Shown here: one piece after another, positions 29,804-43,937 of the stretch
Numbering within the stretch: the first letter of the stretch is position 1
Layout: the number at the start of each line of letters is the position of its first letter
Assembly (NCBI GenBank): GCA_964016885.1
Contig: OZ024747.1
Coordinates: 59,148,001 to 59,212,000 of the forward strand
Direction of reading: 5' to 3'
DNA from: Eledone cirrhosa
Taxonomy: Eukaryota
DNA: 64,000 bases
Notes under the pieces: model-generated
What the model saw: only the letters and a program-made list of their open reading frames with translations
Told to the model about the DNA's origin: nothing
The model's database searches: none
Program-made: the position numbers and the translations under genes

Positions 29804-30817
29804 ATATAATGTGTTGTCTGTAGTTATGAGGTAGTTGTTTATATATTACAGTATGTTGCAGGTTAATTACTCTAATGATAAAACCCTCCTAATCAAATTG
29901 ACATCCAACTTTCGCCTCTTCTAATTTCATAACAGCCTTCTCTCTTTTATTATTTATCTTTATCATCTTATTTTATTTTCTTTCCTGCATGTTTTGTTTT
30001 TGTTATTGGTTTCATATTTGTTTTTTATTGTTTTTATGCCGTATCTATTTTTTTTATTATTATATTTATTTATTTTTTTTTTTTTATATATTTTTTTTTA
30101 TTTTTATTTATTTATTTACTTTTGCTGCTGCAATGTTTTGGTAGTTATACTACCTCCCCCCTCTCTCATTCCCTCTCTCTCTCGCTCTTTCTCTCTCTCT
30201 CATTCCCTCTCTCTCTCTCTCATTGTATCTCTCTTTTTATCTCTCCTCTCTCTCTTTCTCTCTGCGCCCCCTTCTATATTTCTTTCTCTCTCACTATCGT
30301 TCATTCTCTTTCTCTATCTCCTATATTTCTTTCATTCTCTCGCTATCTCTGCCCCTCTCTCTCCCTCTATATCAGCCCCTCTCTCTATCGCTCTCAAGCC
30401 CTCCCTCTATGTCTGCCCCTCTCTCTATGTCCGCTCCTCTCTCTCTCTCTGTCTATCTTTCTCCCTCTCTGTCGTCTGTTTCTTTCTATATCAACATCGT
30501 TCGTGCTATCTCTGACGATGGATTAAAAAGAGATATGGTGGCAGTGGCGGTGGTAGTGTTGATGATGGTGGTGGTGATGGTGGTGATGGTGTTGATGATG
30601 GTGATGGTGGTGGTGGTGGTGGTGGTGGTGATGGTGATTGTGGTGGTGGTGGTGGTGGTGTTGATGGTGGGGAGTAGTGGTGGTGGTGTTGATGGTGGTG
30701 GTGTGTTGATGGTGGTGGCGTTGATGGTGGTAGTGGTGATGGTGGTGATTGTGGTGGTGGTGATGATGGTGGTGGTGTTGATGGTGGTGGTAGTGGTTGT
30801 GGCGGTGGTGATGGGGA

Positions 30818-30942
<125 letters not shown>

Positions 30943-31374
30943 ATGGTGATGGTAATAGTAGTAGTAGTGGTAGTAGTGGTAGTAGTAGTGGTGGTGGTGG
31001 TGATGGTGATTGTGATAGTAGTAGTAGTGGTGGTGATGATGATAATAGTAGTGGTAGTGGCGGTAGTGGTGGTGGTAACGGTGGCAGTTGGAAGGTAATT
31101 ACAAATACTGTGGCAATACTGTGGGAAGGGAGGTGAGATGAAGTCTAAGTTACCAACATAATGAGGAAATAGAATTAATACAGATTTCTGAAGCTCACAT
31201 TTACCCCCACCCTCACCACACCACACCACACACCTCTGCCACTTCTTATTTCTTTGTTATTTATTTATATATTAATCTATATATTTATTATTTGTTCAGT
31301 TATTTTGTAAAATGGCTGACATTGCTAAAGTGGATTATATAATTTGCTGTCACACATTCTATACCTTTAAGGCA

Positions 31375-31488
31375 ATGGAGGCGCGTGGCATAATGGTTAT
31401 GGCGTTCAACTGATGCGTGTAAGGTCATGTGTTCGAATCCCGGCAGCGTGTTTTGTCCCTGTGGAAGCATTTTATTTCACGCTACTCT
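31375..31488 (+). mobile_element. tRNA-derived SINE head (family B)
   Basis: ggcgcgtggcataatggtta (A box)...gttcgaatccc (B box). Related minus-strand copies at 56297-56412 and 59950-60070. Confidence 0.7.
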
Positions 31489-31586
31489 ATCATATATATA
31501 TATATGGGGTGGGGGTGTAAGTGTATGTATGTATTTATATATATATATATATATATAAATATATACATATATGCGTGTGTGTATTT

Positions 31587-31617
<31 letters not shown>

Positions 31618-31634
31618 CTACATATATATATAAT

Positions 31635-31806
31635 AGTAGAACACTGGAGGGTTATATCCGTAGTAGTAGACCACTCAGTCCATGGGACGAGTTTGGTAGA
31701 AGTATTTCCACAACAGTTAGTTCACCATACCGAGAACAAATGTTTCACCTTATGCGGTAAAATATTTGTTCTCGATATGGTGAACTAACTGTTGTGGAAC
31801 TACTTC
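31635..31806 (-). mobile_element. Fold-back element of family P2 with the 3' half of an HHR
   Basis: gaagtatttccacaacagttagttcaccataccgagaacaaat pairs with atttgttctcgatatggtgaactaactgttgtggaactacttc. The minus strand contains ccgcataaggt-GAAA-catttg-TT-ctcg. Confidence 0.8.
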
Positions 31807-31860
31807 CAAGAGCGTGAACCTAATAAACCTTTATTTGTCTGACTCTCTGTTCTATATATA

Positions 31861-33146
31861 GTGAAAATTTGAACGGGAACAAAAACAGAGGGTCAGACAA
31901 ATAAAGGTTTATTAGGTTCACGCTCTTGAGAGTGGGGGTGGGGAACAAAACAGAGTGTCAGACAAATAAAGGTTTATTAGGTTCACGCTCTTGAGAGTGG
32001 GGGTGGGGAACAAAACAGAGGGTCAGACAAATAAAGGTTTATTAGGTTCACGCTCTTGAGAGTGGGGGTGGGGAACAAAACAGAGTGTCAGACAAATAAA
32101 GGTTTATTAGGCTCACGCTCTTGGGAGTGGGGGTGGGGAACAAAACAGAGGGTCAGACAAATAAAGGTTTATTAGGTTCACGCTCTTGAGAGTGTGTCGG
32201 GGGGGGGGGACAAAACAGAGAGTCAGACAAATAAAGGTTTATTAGGTTCACGCTCTTGGGAGTGGGGGTGGGGAACAAAACAGAGAGTCAGACAAATAAA
32301 GGTTTATTAGGCTCACGCTCTTAGGAGTGGGGGTGGGGAACAAAACAGAGAGTCAGACAAATAAAGGTTTATTAGGTTCACGCTCTTGAGAGTGGGGGGT
32401 GGGGAACAAAACAGAGTGTCAGACAAATAAAGGTTTATTAGGTTCACGCTCTTGAGAGTGTGTCGGGGGGGGGGGACAAAACAGAGAGTCAGACAAATAA
32501 AGGTTTATTAGGTTCACGCTCTTGAGAGTGTGTCGGGGGGGGGGACAAAACAGAGAGTCAGACAAATAAAGGTTTATTAGGTTCACGCTCTTGGGAGTGG
32601 GGGTGGGGAACAAAACAGAGAGTCAGACAAATAAAGGTTTATTAGGCTCACGCTCTTGGGAGTGGGGGTGGGGAACAAAACAGAGAGTCAGACAAATAAA
32701 GGTTTATTAGGTTCACGCTCTTGAGAGTGGGGGGTGGGGAACAAAACAGAGTGTCAGACAAATAAAGGTTTATTAGGTTCACGCTCTTGAGAGTGTGTCG
32801 GGGGGGGGGGACAAAACAGAGAGTCAGACAAATAAAGGTTTATTAGGTTCACGCTCTTGAGAGTGTGTCGGGGGGGGGGACAAAACAGAGAGTCAGACAA
32901 ATAAAGGTTTATTAGGTTCACGCTCTTGAGAGTGTGTCGGGGGGGGGGGGACAAAACAGAGTGTCAGACAAATAAAGGTTTATTAGGTTCACGCTCTTGT
33001 GAGTGTGTCGGGGGGGGGGACAAAACAGAGAGTCAGACAAATAAAGGTTTATTAGGTTCACGCTCTTGAGAGTGTGTCGGGGGGGGGGGACAAAACAGAG
33101 AGTCAGACAAATAAAGGTTTATTAGGTTCACGCTCTTGAGAGTGGG
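31861..33146 (-). repeat. 65-bp minisatellite, about 19-20 copies, with an inverted partial copy at 31807-31852
   Basis: Unit acaaaacagagagtcagacaaataaaggtttattaggttcacgctcttgagagtg + (ggggtgggga or tgtcggggggggg). Confidence 0.95.
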
Positions 33147-33147
33147 A

Positions 33148-33178
<31 letters not shown>

Positions 33179-33392
33179 ATATATATATAAGGGGGCTTAT
33201 TCGTGTGAAGGTTCGTGGCGTAGTAGTTAGGGTGTTCGGTTCATGTACGTCAATACTCATCTTTTTCTATTTCTCCGACGGTTCTTAACCCCACTATCAG
33301 GCTAAATAATTTCTTTAATTCCTTAGTCAAAATACGGCGATAACTTACATTTCTAATAATTTCAAACCCACTCGCTGTTTCGAAAATATTCT

Positions 33393-33457
<65 letters not shown>

Positions 33458-33488
33458 AGAGAGATAAACACAAATATATACATATATG

Positions 33489-33537
33489 TGTTCAAATTGT
33501 AAGGGACCAGATTCGCTGGTCCCTTACAATTTGAACA
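33489..33537. repeat. Perfect 22-bp hairpin with a 5-nt loop
   Basis: TGTTCAAATTGTAAGGGACCAG-attcg-CTGGTCCCTTACAATTTGAACA. Confidence 0.9.
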
Positions 33538-33559
33538 AAAAAACTGCTAAAGACCATAT

Positions 33560-33875
33560 GAACGGGAAGAATCGGTAGAGCTTCGGACAAAATACTTTGC
33601 AGTATTTAGTTATGGCCTTTTACGTTCTGAGTTGAAATCCTGCTGAGGTTAGCTTTTCCTTTTATCCTTACGAGGTCGATAAAATAAAGTACCAGTAACG
33701 CAATGGTGTCGATTTAATTGACTTTCCCTTTCTCCCAAAGGTGACTAAATAAGATGCCACTATTATCCCGCTGGGGTTAACTTTGCCTTTCATCCTTACG
33801 GGGTCGATAAAATAAAATACCAGTAATGCATTGGGGTAATTTCTAGCCTTGTGCCAAAAGTAGTAACAATTATTA
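33560..33875 (+). mobile_element. Two adjacent partial SINE family A copies
   Basis: The block cctt..atccttacg.ggtcgataaaataaa.taccagtaa occurs twice (about 33660 and 33790). Confidence 0.75.
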
Positions 33876-34213
33876 TGATTATTACACGATGTTGATCGTG
33901 ATGATGTTGATACTGATGGAAGTTAAAAAGAAAGTAAATAAGTATGTAGTGAAATACAGTGGAAAGAAAAGTTTTTGAGAAATTCGGTAGAGAAAAAATT
34001 GTTGGAAAAAATTTGAGGTGAAAAGAGGAAAAAATTATCGCAAAGAAAAAAAGGTGGAGGAAGGGAGAGAAGAGGTGTAGAGGGAGGAGTATGACGAAGT
34101 GTGAAGAGAAAAAAACATATATATCAGGTGGAAAGGAAACTGGGTAGAAAAGAAAGATGGCCAAAACGGAGGAGGAAAGATTGATTCGTTGACATATCTT
34201 TATGGTGAGGTAT

Positions 34214-34268
<55 letters not shown>

Positions 34269-37200
34269 TCTTTTTTTATTTGCCACAGGGGCGTACAAAA
34301 ATGGGATATTACAAGACGTGATGGCGGGGGTTTTACATAAAAATCATATAACTTTAACATCAATAAATAACAATAAACTATATATAATAAAATAGCAATT
34401 GAAATCCCCAATAGAAGGGAACGTTACTGCAGGGTTGTTTTACACTCAGTAGATAGAACAACCCTCAACACCAGGAACACGTTTTGTAGGTGTTCCTGTC
34501 TTCCCTCGGTTTATCTTCCTCAACCTACAGGTTTATATACAGAGAAGGCCCATTAACTCGGTCCATTTTCGCACACTTTTCAGCGAATTTACTGGGGTGT
34601 AGCACCTCTCTCTCCACTCTCACATTCCTTCGGAAGTGGTACTTAAGGAAGGGGATAAGTTGTTGTCCGGAGAGAAAGGTGTTTGCCCTCAGTCCTTTTA
34701 ACTTCGTCGACCATATTACCTCTTTCGCCATAGCCACCAGACAGAGGAAAACCGTCTCTCCTTCATTCTTAAATGAAAGCGGTGGGCTTATCCTCACGAT
34801 GGACAACTGGATGCGTCCCACACATAACAGTATCTGTTCGACATAATTCCACAGATAGGTCACCCCTGGGCACTGAACAATTGCGTGCAGAACGGTTTCG
34901 ATGTCCTGCTCGCATCCTGGACAGGTCCTTTTGGCAGGATCTCTGCCAGGGCGTCCGTGTCTGTAGATTTTGTCTCGAACTGGTAGAGCTCCTCGGTAGC
35001 ACTGCCAGGCCAGAGACCTCTGGAAGTTATCCATAGGCCCTGGACGGAAAGTCCTGCCGAACAGACTGGTCAGTTCGTCCTCCTCGATGCCTAGAGTTTC
35101 CATGAGAAAGTCGTCGCACCTATCCTCCACTAATTCCCTATAGAATGTCGAAGTGGAGTCTCCGCTGATTGCCGTTTCTACTTGGTAGAGGGCTGTGAGC
35201 GACTTAAGGCATGCGAGGTGCCAGGCACACATTTTCGGTCTTCACTTGACCCATGAGTGCAGCTCTGTTAGTGAGACGAGTTGTGGAAGAGCTTGTCTCA
35301 CAAACGACAGCCACACCGGTTGAACGATCAGGAATACCTGGAGATGGCGTAGCCCCAACGCGTGTTTGCGCGTCATCAGCCACGGCATGCCCAGCCCTCC
35401 GTTAGAAGGGTGTTGACAGAAGATGGATCTCTTCACCAATAGAGCCTGTTTCTTCCAGAGGAACTTGAATAGTAGGCGTTCCATTTTGGTGAGGTATTCG
35501 CGGCTACAAGGCATGACTGTCAAGCGGTAGTAGATGACGGACGCTATGTAAGTGTTCGCCCCCTCCGCTCGACCTTTCAAGGAGAGTTTGCACTAAGCCC
35601 ACTTCTGGATGAGTGCAAACACCTTCGCCGTGACCTCGTTTCAGTTCTTGTCCACCTGGATGTCTGGACCAAACCATACCCCGAGCAATTTCACCGGTCC
35701 TTCCTTCCAGCGTCCAACGACGCTGTCGGAAGGCATGGGTTTGCCTCTCCGTGTGCCGAGTTGCAAACCGACAGGCTTGTTTGGGTTTAGTCTTGCTCCT
35801 GTCAACGTTTCGTATTCCTGTAATAGGTTGCTGATTACCCCGATTTCCGAGGTTTTCGACACCATTACGGTTATGTAGTCGGCATAGGCCGACGCTGCTT
35901 TCCGAGGTCCTGGTTCGATCGGTATGCAACAGCTCCATTCCGCAGTAATGGCTCGAGAGTCAGTACATACAGAATGGAGGAGAGGGGGCATTCCTGACTG
36001 ATGGAACGCATGATTTGAAATGGCTCCGATAGGTAGCCATTCACCTTGACTGCCGAGCAGATGCTGGTGTGCATGGCAGCGATCCAGCCTCTGAAGACGC
36101 GACCCAAGCCAGCCGCCTTGAGAACCACTTCCAAGTATTGATGGTCGACCCTATCAAATGCCTTAGACTGATCTAAATTGATCAGAGCCCCCCCCCCAAG
36201 CCAAGTTTACACCCTACCCTCTCTATGATGTATCGCATGAGGTGGAGGTTGCCGTTTATGGACCTGGTCAGGATTGCACACATTTGCGCTTCCCCTACCA
36301 GGTTCTCGACGACAAGCGCCAGCCTCGCTGCTAACACCTTGGCCCAAATATTTAACTCTGTGTTGAGCAGAGTTATGGGCCTGAAATTGACTATCTCATC
36401 CCACTTGTTCTCATCTTTCCTGATCAGCGTTACTACGCCTCTGCCTACAGAACTGGGAATTCTCCCGTTCTGCTCCCAGTTGCAGTAGACCACTTCGAAG
36501 ACGTTAGAGAACAAATCTGGCATGCCTATGTAAAACTTATAGGGTAGACCATCTAAACCGGATGATTTGCGTTTTCCGCAGCGGCCTAGGGCATGACCTC
36601 CCTCAACGTACCGCTTTGCCCGAACAGTTGTGCAAAATGCTGCTGGAAGGCCGTGCACATCTGCTTGTATTCAAGTAGAATGCGTCTATCTTTGTGTTGC
36701 AAAGACCAAATTGTGGATTTGTTGACACTTTTCGCTTCTGCCACTCGGGCCTAGCTAACAGTTTTAGCTCCCTCGTTTCTTAGAGCACGTGTTCTACGTC
36801 TGACAATACAACCTTCGTGTTTCACGTTGAAGAACTGGTCTAGTGCCGTTCTCGCCTCTAGCACGTCAGCTGTACTGCCATTCCTAAGTGCCTCTTCTAC
36901 TTTAGCTACCAGACCATTTTCGGTTTTGTTTTTTTCTAAAGCTACTTCCTTGCTAAATGCTATTGATTCTATTCTAATTGCTCTCTTGAGAGAGCTCCAC
37001 CACCTGTTGTTGACGATCGCCCCCGTCAACTGGCACTTAACTAAGGTGCTAATCCGTTTACTGTAGGCCTTACGCGCCGGAAGCGATATGTTTAGCTTCC
37101 AGTATCCGGGTCCCTGTCTATGTGTTCTATCAAGTTGACTACGCAGGTGACTAATTTGTTGTCTGAATAGGCAACCATGTGCATTTGTGGATTGATGTGC

Positions 37201-38716
37201 ATTAATGTTTCCTTATCATTCTGTCTAATTAAAAATCTATCTAAATACGATCTAGAAGACCCAGTGCGGTTGCTCCACGTCCACAGTGGTACACTTGGGA
37301 AGTCTAGTCGATATCTATCAGCCAGTTGGAATTGGCTGATGAGATTTTTGAGGCTATTATACGCCCTCTATTATCACAATCTCCTACATGGTCCCAACGT
37401 GCTTCTAAGATGCCATTCCAGTCCCCCGCTAACACTAAGGAGCCAGACGTTCCCAGGAATGGCTCCAGGCGCTTGAAGAACTCTGGTTGCGATGTACCAG
37501 TCGGGGCATATACAGCCACCACTCTGAAAGCTCCACCTTCACTACCATTTACGTCCAAGGACCACCAAGCTGCCCTCCAGGTCCAAGTGAATCGTTTGTG
37601 CTTTGAGACCCAAGTTTTTTCGAAACAGAAAAGCAACTTCCCCTCCGTTTCCTGGCTGACAGAGAGATGCGTAGATTTCAAAGTCATCGAACATGGGGGT
37701 TAGCTGCTGCTTGGCGTGAATCCTGGACTCGGTGATGGCTATCACATCTATAGAATGTGACCTGAGATCATTTAAAAGCTGGCCCTGTTTCCAGGGCATG
37801 CCCAGGTCACGTACATTCAAACATCCAACTTGTATAGTCGCCATGTTGGTGACAAAGAGTTATTAGGAAGAGAAAAAGCAGGAACACTTACCTTTTCGTT
37901 TCCTGGAGGTCGGGTTGTTCGATCTCCATGTTCAGATTGGGGGGTGTTTGGAGAGGGATGGAATCCTTTTAACAGGACACGGTTAAGGGGTTTTTGGCAA
38001 GGTGGGGGGGGGGGGCACATCATGTGGGAAGTTCCTTTTTAAAGTTTCGTACTGTAGGGTTGTTAGCCTAATAAGTTTGCGGTTCGGGGGAAGGTTTTCC
38101 CTTCCGTTTGTATTGTGGAGTCCTTTCGGACAGTTTCCACCAGTTCTTTGTTTCTTGTTTTTATGTATGTGTAATGTGCTTTGTTTTTTATGTATACTGT
38201 TTCTGTTTGTAGTTTTCTTTTTGTGGTTGGGGTTTGTGATTGTGGTGGTGTGGGTGTTTGTTTTGTTGGTGAAGTGTCTGGTTGTGTTGTTGGTGTGGTT
38301 GTCGTTTGTGGCGGTATGTTTATGTCAGTGTTGGGTGTGTGCGTGTTTTCAGTTGATGTTTTTGTTGTATTTTTTCTGTGTCTTTTTTGCTTCTTGGATT
38401 TTTGGGGTTCCTTTTCATCCTCACTTAGAGATGTAGAGGTTTCCGTGTCTGAGGTGTTATCATTGTGGGTAGGTGGGAGGGGTATGTTGTGTTGTGGTGG
38501 AGTGTTTGTGTGTTTGTGGGAGTGTTGGACAGAGGGGAAGGGGTGGGACAGAGTCCTTCAAGGGAATTTTGGTGTGGTGTCTTTTGTGGTTTATGATGGT
38601 TGGGTCAATGTTGATGGTTTGGGGGTTGTGTTTTTTTTGTTTTCGGATGTGTCTGTTGTAGTTTTGGGGTTGGCAACAACGCCTTCTTTTGTTTTTCTAC
38701 ATCCAGCATTGGGCAA
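34269..38716 (-). mobile_element. Decayed Tx1-type (L1 clade) LINE: ORF1 remnant plus ORF2 (APE, RT, zf-RVT)
   Basis: APE motifs GCLNVRDLG..DVIAITES and AVYAP..LAGDWN. RT motifs KSSGLDGLP, NFRPITLLN, DQSKAFDRVDH, SQECPLS and AYADY. Also NGGLGMP and C-terminal CPGC...ETVLHAIVQC. Frameshifted, with a (TATC)n tail. Confidence 0.92.
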
Positions 38717-38836
38717 AATAGATAGATATATAGATATATTTCTTTATTTGCCTCAAGAGCACACAGATAGATAGATAGATAGAGAGAGATAGAGAGAGAG
38801 AGGGGATAGATAGAGAAGGAAAGAGTTAGAGAGAGT

Positions 38837-38947
<111 letters not shown>

Positions 38948-39709
38948 GGAGAGAGTTAGAGAGAGAAAGAAATATAGGTGGTTAGAAAGATAGATGTATG
39001 TATGTATCTAGCTAGCTACCTACGTATTTACTTATATATATATTTCCCTATATATATATATGTGTGTGTCTCTGTGTGTGTGGGGGTGTGTGCGTGTGTG
39101 TCTGTGCGTGTATGATGTGTGTGTATGTATATGTATATATATATATATATGTGTGTGTGTATGTGTGTGTGCGTGTGCGTGTGTGTGTGCGTGTGCGTGT
39201 ATGATGTGTGTGTATTTATGTATATGTAAATATATATATATATATATGTGTGTTTGTGTGTGTGTGTGTGTGTATATGAAAGTGCGTTTATGTATATATG
39301 TGTGTATCGGTGTATGTGTATGTATGTGTGTGTATATGTGTGTATGTATATGTGTGTGTGTATGTGTGTGTATGTGTGTGTGTGCGTGTGTACATGTATA
39401 TACAGAAAGATGTGTGTGCATGTGAAGATGTTACATAAAAAAACAAATAAAGTTACCACCTCTCAGACTTGCCCTCTAGAGTACATTTCAGAGTCAAAAT
39501 TATTTATTACCACCATCTATCTTTTTTTCTCTCTTTCCTTCTCTCTTTCTTGTTGTTTTTGCCTTTGTCTTGTTATTGTTCTTATCTAACTATATTTGTG
39601 AATCTCTGAAGAAAGAGACGCCATTATTAATTCATCAAGTTTGGGGCGCTGTTCGTTGAAGAAATACATGTTTCTTTTTAGTTAGTCTCTCTCTTTTTTA
39701 CTGTCTCTC

Positions 39710-39752
<43 letters not shown>

Positions 39753-39969
39753 CTCTCACTCCCACTCTCTCTCACTGTCTTTCTCTGACTCTATGACTCT
39801 CTCTTTCTCTCTCTGACTCTCTCTCATTCTCTCTTTTTCTCTCTCTCTCTCACACTCCCACACTCCCACCTTCTCACTATTTTATATTCTCTCTCTCTCT
39901 CTCTCTCACATACACACACATATTTACACACTCTCTCACTTTTTCACACTCTCTCTCACTCTTTTGCAC

Positions 39970-40000
<31 letters not shown>

Positions 40001-40021
40001 TTTACTGTCTCTCCCTTTCTT

Positions 40022-40053
<32 letters not shown>

Positions 40054-41620
40054 GCTTTTACTCACTTCGAAATATAGGTGGTGGTGGAGATCGGGTGGAC
40101 GTTGATGGTATTGATAGGGGTGTTGTTTGTGGTGGTGGTGGTGGTCACTACAGTGGTATTGGTGGAGGCAGCGTTGGGGTGGGAGTGCTGTAGTGATGCT
40201 GATTGTGAAGGTGGTGGTGGTGATACCAGTATTGTTGGCGGTAGGGATGATGGGGATGGTGTGGTGATGGTGGGGGTGAGGAAAGTGAAGTTGAAGGTGG
40301 TGTTGCTGCTGGTGGGGGGGGGGGTTGATGGATGGTGGTAGTGTTACTGCTGGTGGTTATGGTGATGGCGATGATGATGGTGCGGAACTGGTGGTGATTG
40401 TGGTGCTGGTGGTGGTGGTGGTAGTGGTGGTGGTGGTGGTGGTGATGGTGGTGGTGGTGGTGGTGGTGGTAGTGGTGGTGGTGATGGCGGTGGTGCTGGT
40501 GGTGGTGTGTTGCTGGTGGGTGTGTGTGGTTGTGGTGGTGTTGTTGGTGGTGTGGGGGGGGGGGTATTTGGTGGTGGTGGTGGTGGTGGTAGCAGTAGTG
40601 GTGGTTGTGGTGGTGTTGGTGGGGAGTAGTTGTGGTTGCAGTGGTGGTGGTGGTGGTGGTGGTGGTGGTGGTGGTAGTAGTAGTGGTGGTGATGGTGGTA
40701 GTGGCGGTTGTGGTGGTGGTGTCAGTGGTGATGGTGATAGTAGCAGCGGTGGCTGTGGTGGTGGTGGTGGTGGCGGCGGTGTTTGAGGTGGTGGTGGTGT
40801 CGGCGGTGGTCTCAGTGGTGGTGTCAGTGGTGGTGCTGGTGGTAGTGGCGGTTGTGGTGGTGGTGTCAGTGGTGATGGTGATAGTAGCAGCGGTGGCTGT
40901 GGTGGTGGTGGCGGCAGTGTTGGAGGTGGTGCTGGTGTCGGCGGTGGTCTCAGTGGTGGTGTCAGTGGTGGTGCTGGTGGTGCTACAGGGTCTCGTTTCT
41001 ATTCACACTTGTCGCTGCAACATCTATTTGAGAGAGTTGATCAATTGAGAAGGTAGCAGGTTAATTCAGTAAGGGAATTGCCCCCGTGAAGGGGGCTAGG
41101 GTGAGGAGGTGTACAGTACATTACAGCAATACTTACTTAACACATATAGTGAGGTGGTGAGGTAGTGAGGTGGGGAGGTTGACTGCGACGGGGTAACGTG
41201 GGAATATATATGTGTGCAGGAATAACCAGTGAGGGGGGTGGGGGCAAGGAGTGAGGCAGGGAGGGGGACATGGAGGGGGAGGGCGGTGAGGGTGCCGGGA
41301 GAGAAGGAAGAGACACATGTACACTCCATATATTATGGCAGGGAACGGATGTGTGTAATAAAAACAATGAATTTAACGAATACATACATATATATATATA
41401 TATGTGTGTGTGTACACACATACATATATACATACATACATATACACATACACTGACCAGAGAAATATATAAATACATGTGTATATATATATAACATATA
41501 CATATACATTCACTCACGCACGCACCACACACACAATATTTATACATACATATCCGTATGTATATATATATATACATATATATATATTTATATATATATA
41601 CGTATATGTATGTATATATA

Positions 41621-41689
<69 letters not shown>

Positions 41690-41951
41690 TCATACACACA
41701 AAAACACACACACATACTCACCACACATACATATCTGTATGTATATATATATATATAAACACATATGCACTTATATCTGTATACACATACATATATATTT
41801 AGACGTTTATTTTTCTCTCTGTGGAAAGTTCTGTGTCAGTTCCGGTTCTCTTTTGAGACCTTTCGATTGTATGGACGCCATTTTAACGATAATAAGTAAA
41901 GCATATATATATACGTTACCTATATATATTCCACACTTGTATATTCTCAGT

Positions 41952-42215
41952 GAACAGTGTGTAAACCATGTGTAAACGGTGTGTAAACCATGTGTAAACG
42001 GTGTGTAAACTGTGTGTAAACGGTGTGTAAACGGTGTGTAAACGGTGTGTAAACGGTGTGAAAATGGTGCGTAAACTGTGTGTAAACAGTGTATAACGGT
42101 GTGTAAACTGTGTATAAACAGTGCGTAAACGTTGTGTAAACGGTGTGTACACTGTGCCTAAACAGTGTAAATGGTGCGTAAAGTGTGTGTAAACGGTGCG
42201 TAAACTGTGTGTAAA
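41952..42215. repeat. ~11-13-bp gtgtaaacggt tandem repeat
   Basis: Seen directly. It abuts the HHR at 42217. Confidence 0.9.
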
Positions 42216-42216
42216 G

Positions 42217-42260
42217 CTGATGATTTCTTTCGAATGAAACAGTTCTAGTCTTGTAGAAGC
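42217..42260 (+). ncRNA. Hammerhead ribozyme lacking the 5' strand of helix I (family P4)
   Basis: CTGATGA-TTTC(tttc)GAAT-GAA-ACAG(ttctagtc)TTGT-A-gaagc, a homolog of 55661. Confidence 0.7.
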
Positions 42261-42353
42261 AATATCTATATTGAATTTTATATATTTATATGTATATATT
42301 TATTAATAAAAGTTTGGAGGCCATATTCAGTTGATTCAGGTTTATTTAAAACT

Positions 42354-42411
42354 CCGTTATACATATTTCACTAAGGACTATCGGTTAAGATAGCCTGAGC
42401 TCTTCGGACGG
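42354..42411 (-). ncRNA. Hammerhead ribozyme variant (core CCGAAGA)
   Basis: Minus strand: CCGT-CCGAAGA-GCTCAGGCTATC(ttaacc)GATAGTCCTTAGT-GAAA-TATGTA-TA-ACGG. Confidence 0.75.
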
Positions 42412-42632
42412 TGAAACCTGAAATAAACATTGCAAGTTCCTAAGAAACCTTTAAATTTTGGAATAATCCAATAAATTTTCTTTTCATGATACAGGGAGCC
42501 GGCCGAATGCGTGGTGTTGTTTCTTCGACGGCCGGCCCCATTTATACAGGTCGTTGAGCGCTTCTTTTTTTCTACTTTGCAACCGACAGACCATAATGTA
42601 GTCCGCACATCTCTGTTTGGTTAACCCCATAC

Positions 42633-42668
<36 letters not shown>

Positions 42669-42811
42669 AAATGAAAATCCGAAGGCAAGGTAAAATTTCC
42701 AATCATTTTTAATCACGACACATGTTTGAGGGAATATATGAGGGAATAAACTCTGTGAGTGAACATGACTAATTTTCTCCCTCATATCAAGAATTTGAAG
42801 ACAATTCATTT

Positions 42812-42885
42812 TCACCTGATGAGATCAGTGATAGTTGATCATGGCTTCACGATCGATCTATCTCTTATTGAAACATGTGTTGTGA
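42812..42885 (+). ncRNA. Hammerhead ribozyme with a small insertion before GAAA, inside fold-back 42664-42933
   Basis: TCAC-CTGATGA-GATCAGTGA...TCACGATC-[gatctatctcttatt]-GAAA-CATGTG-TT-GTGA. The inverted arm 42664-42727 preserves aaacatgtgtcgtga (a GUC site). Confidence 0.7.
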
Positions 42886-42988
42886 TTAAAATGATTGGAA
42901 ATTTTACCTTGCGTTCGGATTTTCATTTTGATACTAATACTCCGTTTTACATCATCTAGCTGTTATATAATACACCTTACTATATAAC

Positions 42989-43026
<38 letters not shown>

Positions 43027-43029
<3 letters not shown>

Positions 43030-43215
43030 TGGTAACACAACAGTTAGTTCACCATACCGAGAACATACATTTGTTTCACCTTAGCGGATCTTCAGCATGT
43101 ACGAGCTGAAGATCCGCTAGGGTGAAACAATTGTTCTCGGTATGGTGAACTAACTGTTGTGTTACCACTTCTACCTAACCCGTCCCATGGACTAAGTGCT
43201 CTGCCACTATGGATA
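43027..43215 (+). mobile_element. Fold-back element (family P2) with head-to-head HHRs and a tail
   Basis: 43027-43096 is inverted against 43105-43170, and the tail runs to about 43215. Confidence 0.9.
43102..43139 (+). ncRNA. Minimal hammerhead ribozyme (38 nt)
   Basis: CGAG-CTGAAGA-TCC(gctag)GGT-GAAA-CAATTG-TT-CTCG, with palindromic ACAATTGT. Confidence 0.8.
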
Positions 43216-43255
43216 TTACCTTCCAGTGTTCTACCTCTCTCTCTATATATATATG

Positions 43256-43640
<385 letters not shown>

Positions 43641-43857
43641 TACATACATGTGTGTGTATCTGTGTGTGTGTGTATAATGTTCTCTTTATTATTGTTGTTG
43701 GCAGTGTTGTTGTTTTTGTAATGACTATTATTATTAATATTATTATCATTATATTATCATCCTCATTATTTAGGTACCGTGACAGAACTCAACTGAAAAG
43801 AGAGACTTAGAGATCTTTTGAATTATTTAGCGCTGCTTTTAACACACTTACACACAC

Positions 43858-43892
<35 letters not shown>

Positions 43893-43893
43893 A

Positions 43894-43937
<44 letters not shown>

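Noticed and set aside
31378-31445. tRNA gene
   Set aside because: A and B boxes are present but there is no complete cloverleaf, and the sequence continues into a SINE body.
31861-33146. CRISPR-like appearance of regular repeats
   Set aside because: There are no unique spacers, only two variants of a G-rich linker. The context is eukaryotic and has no cas genes.
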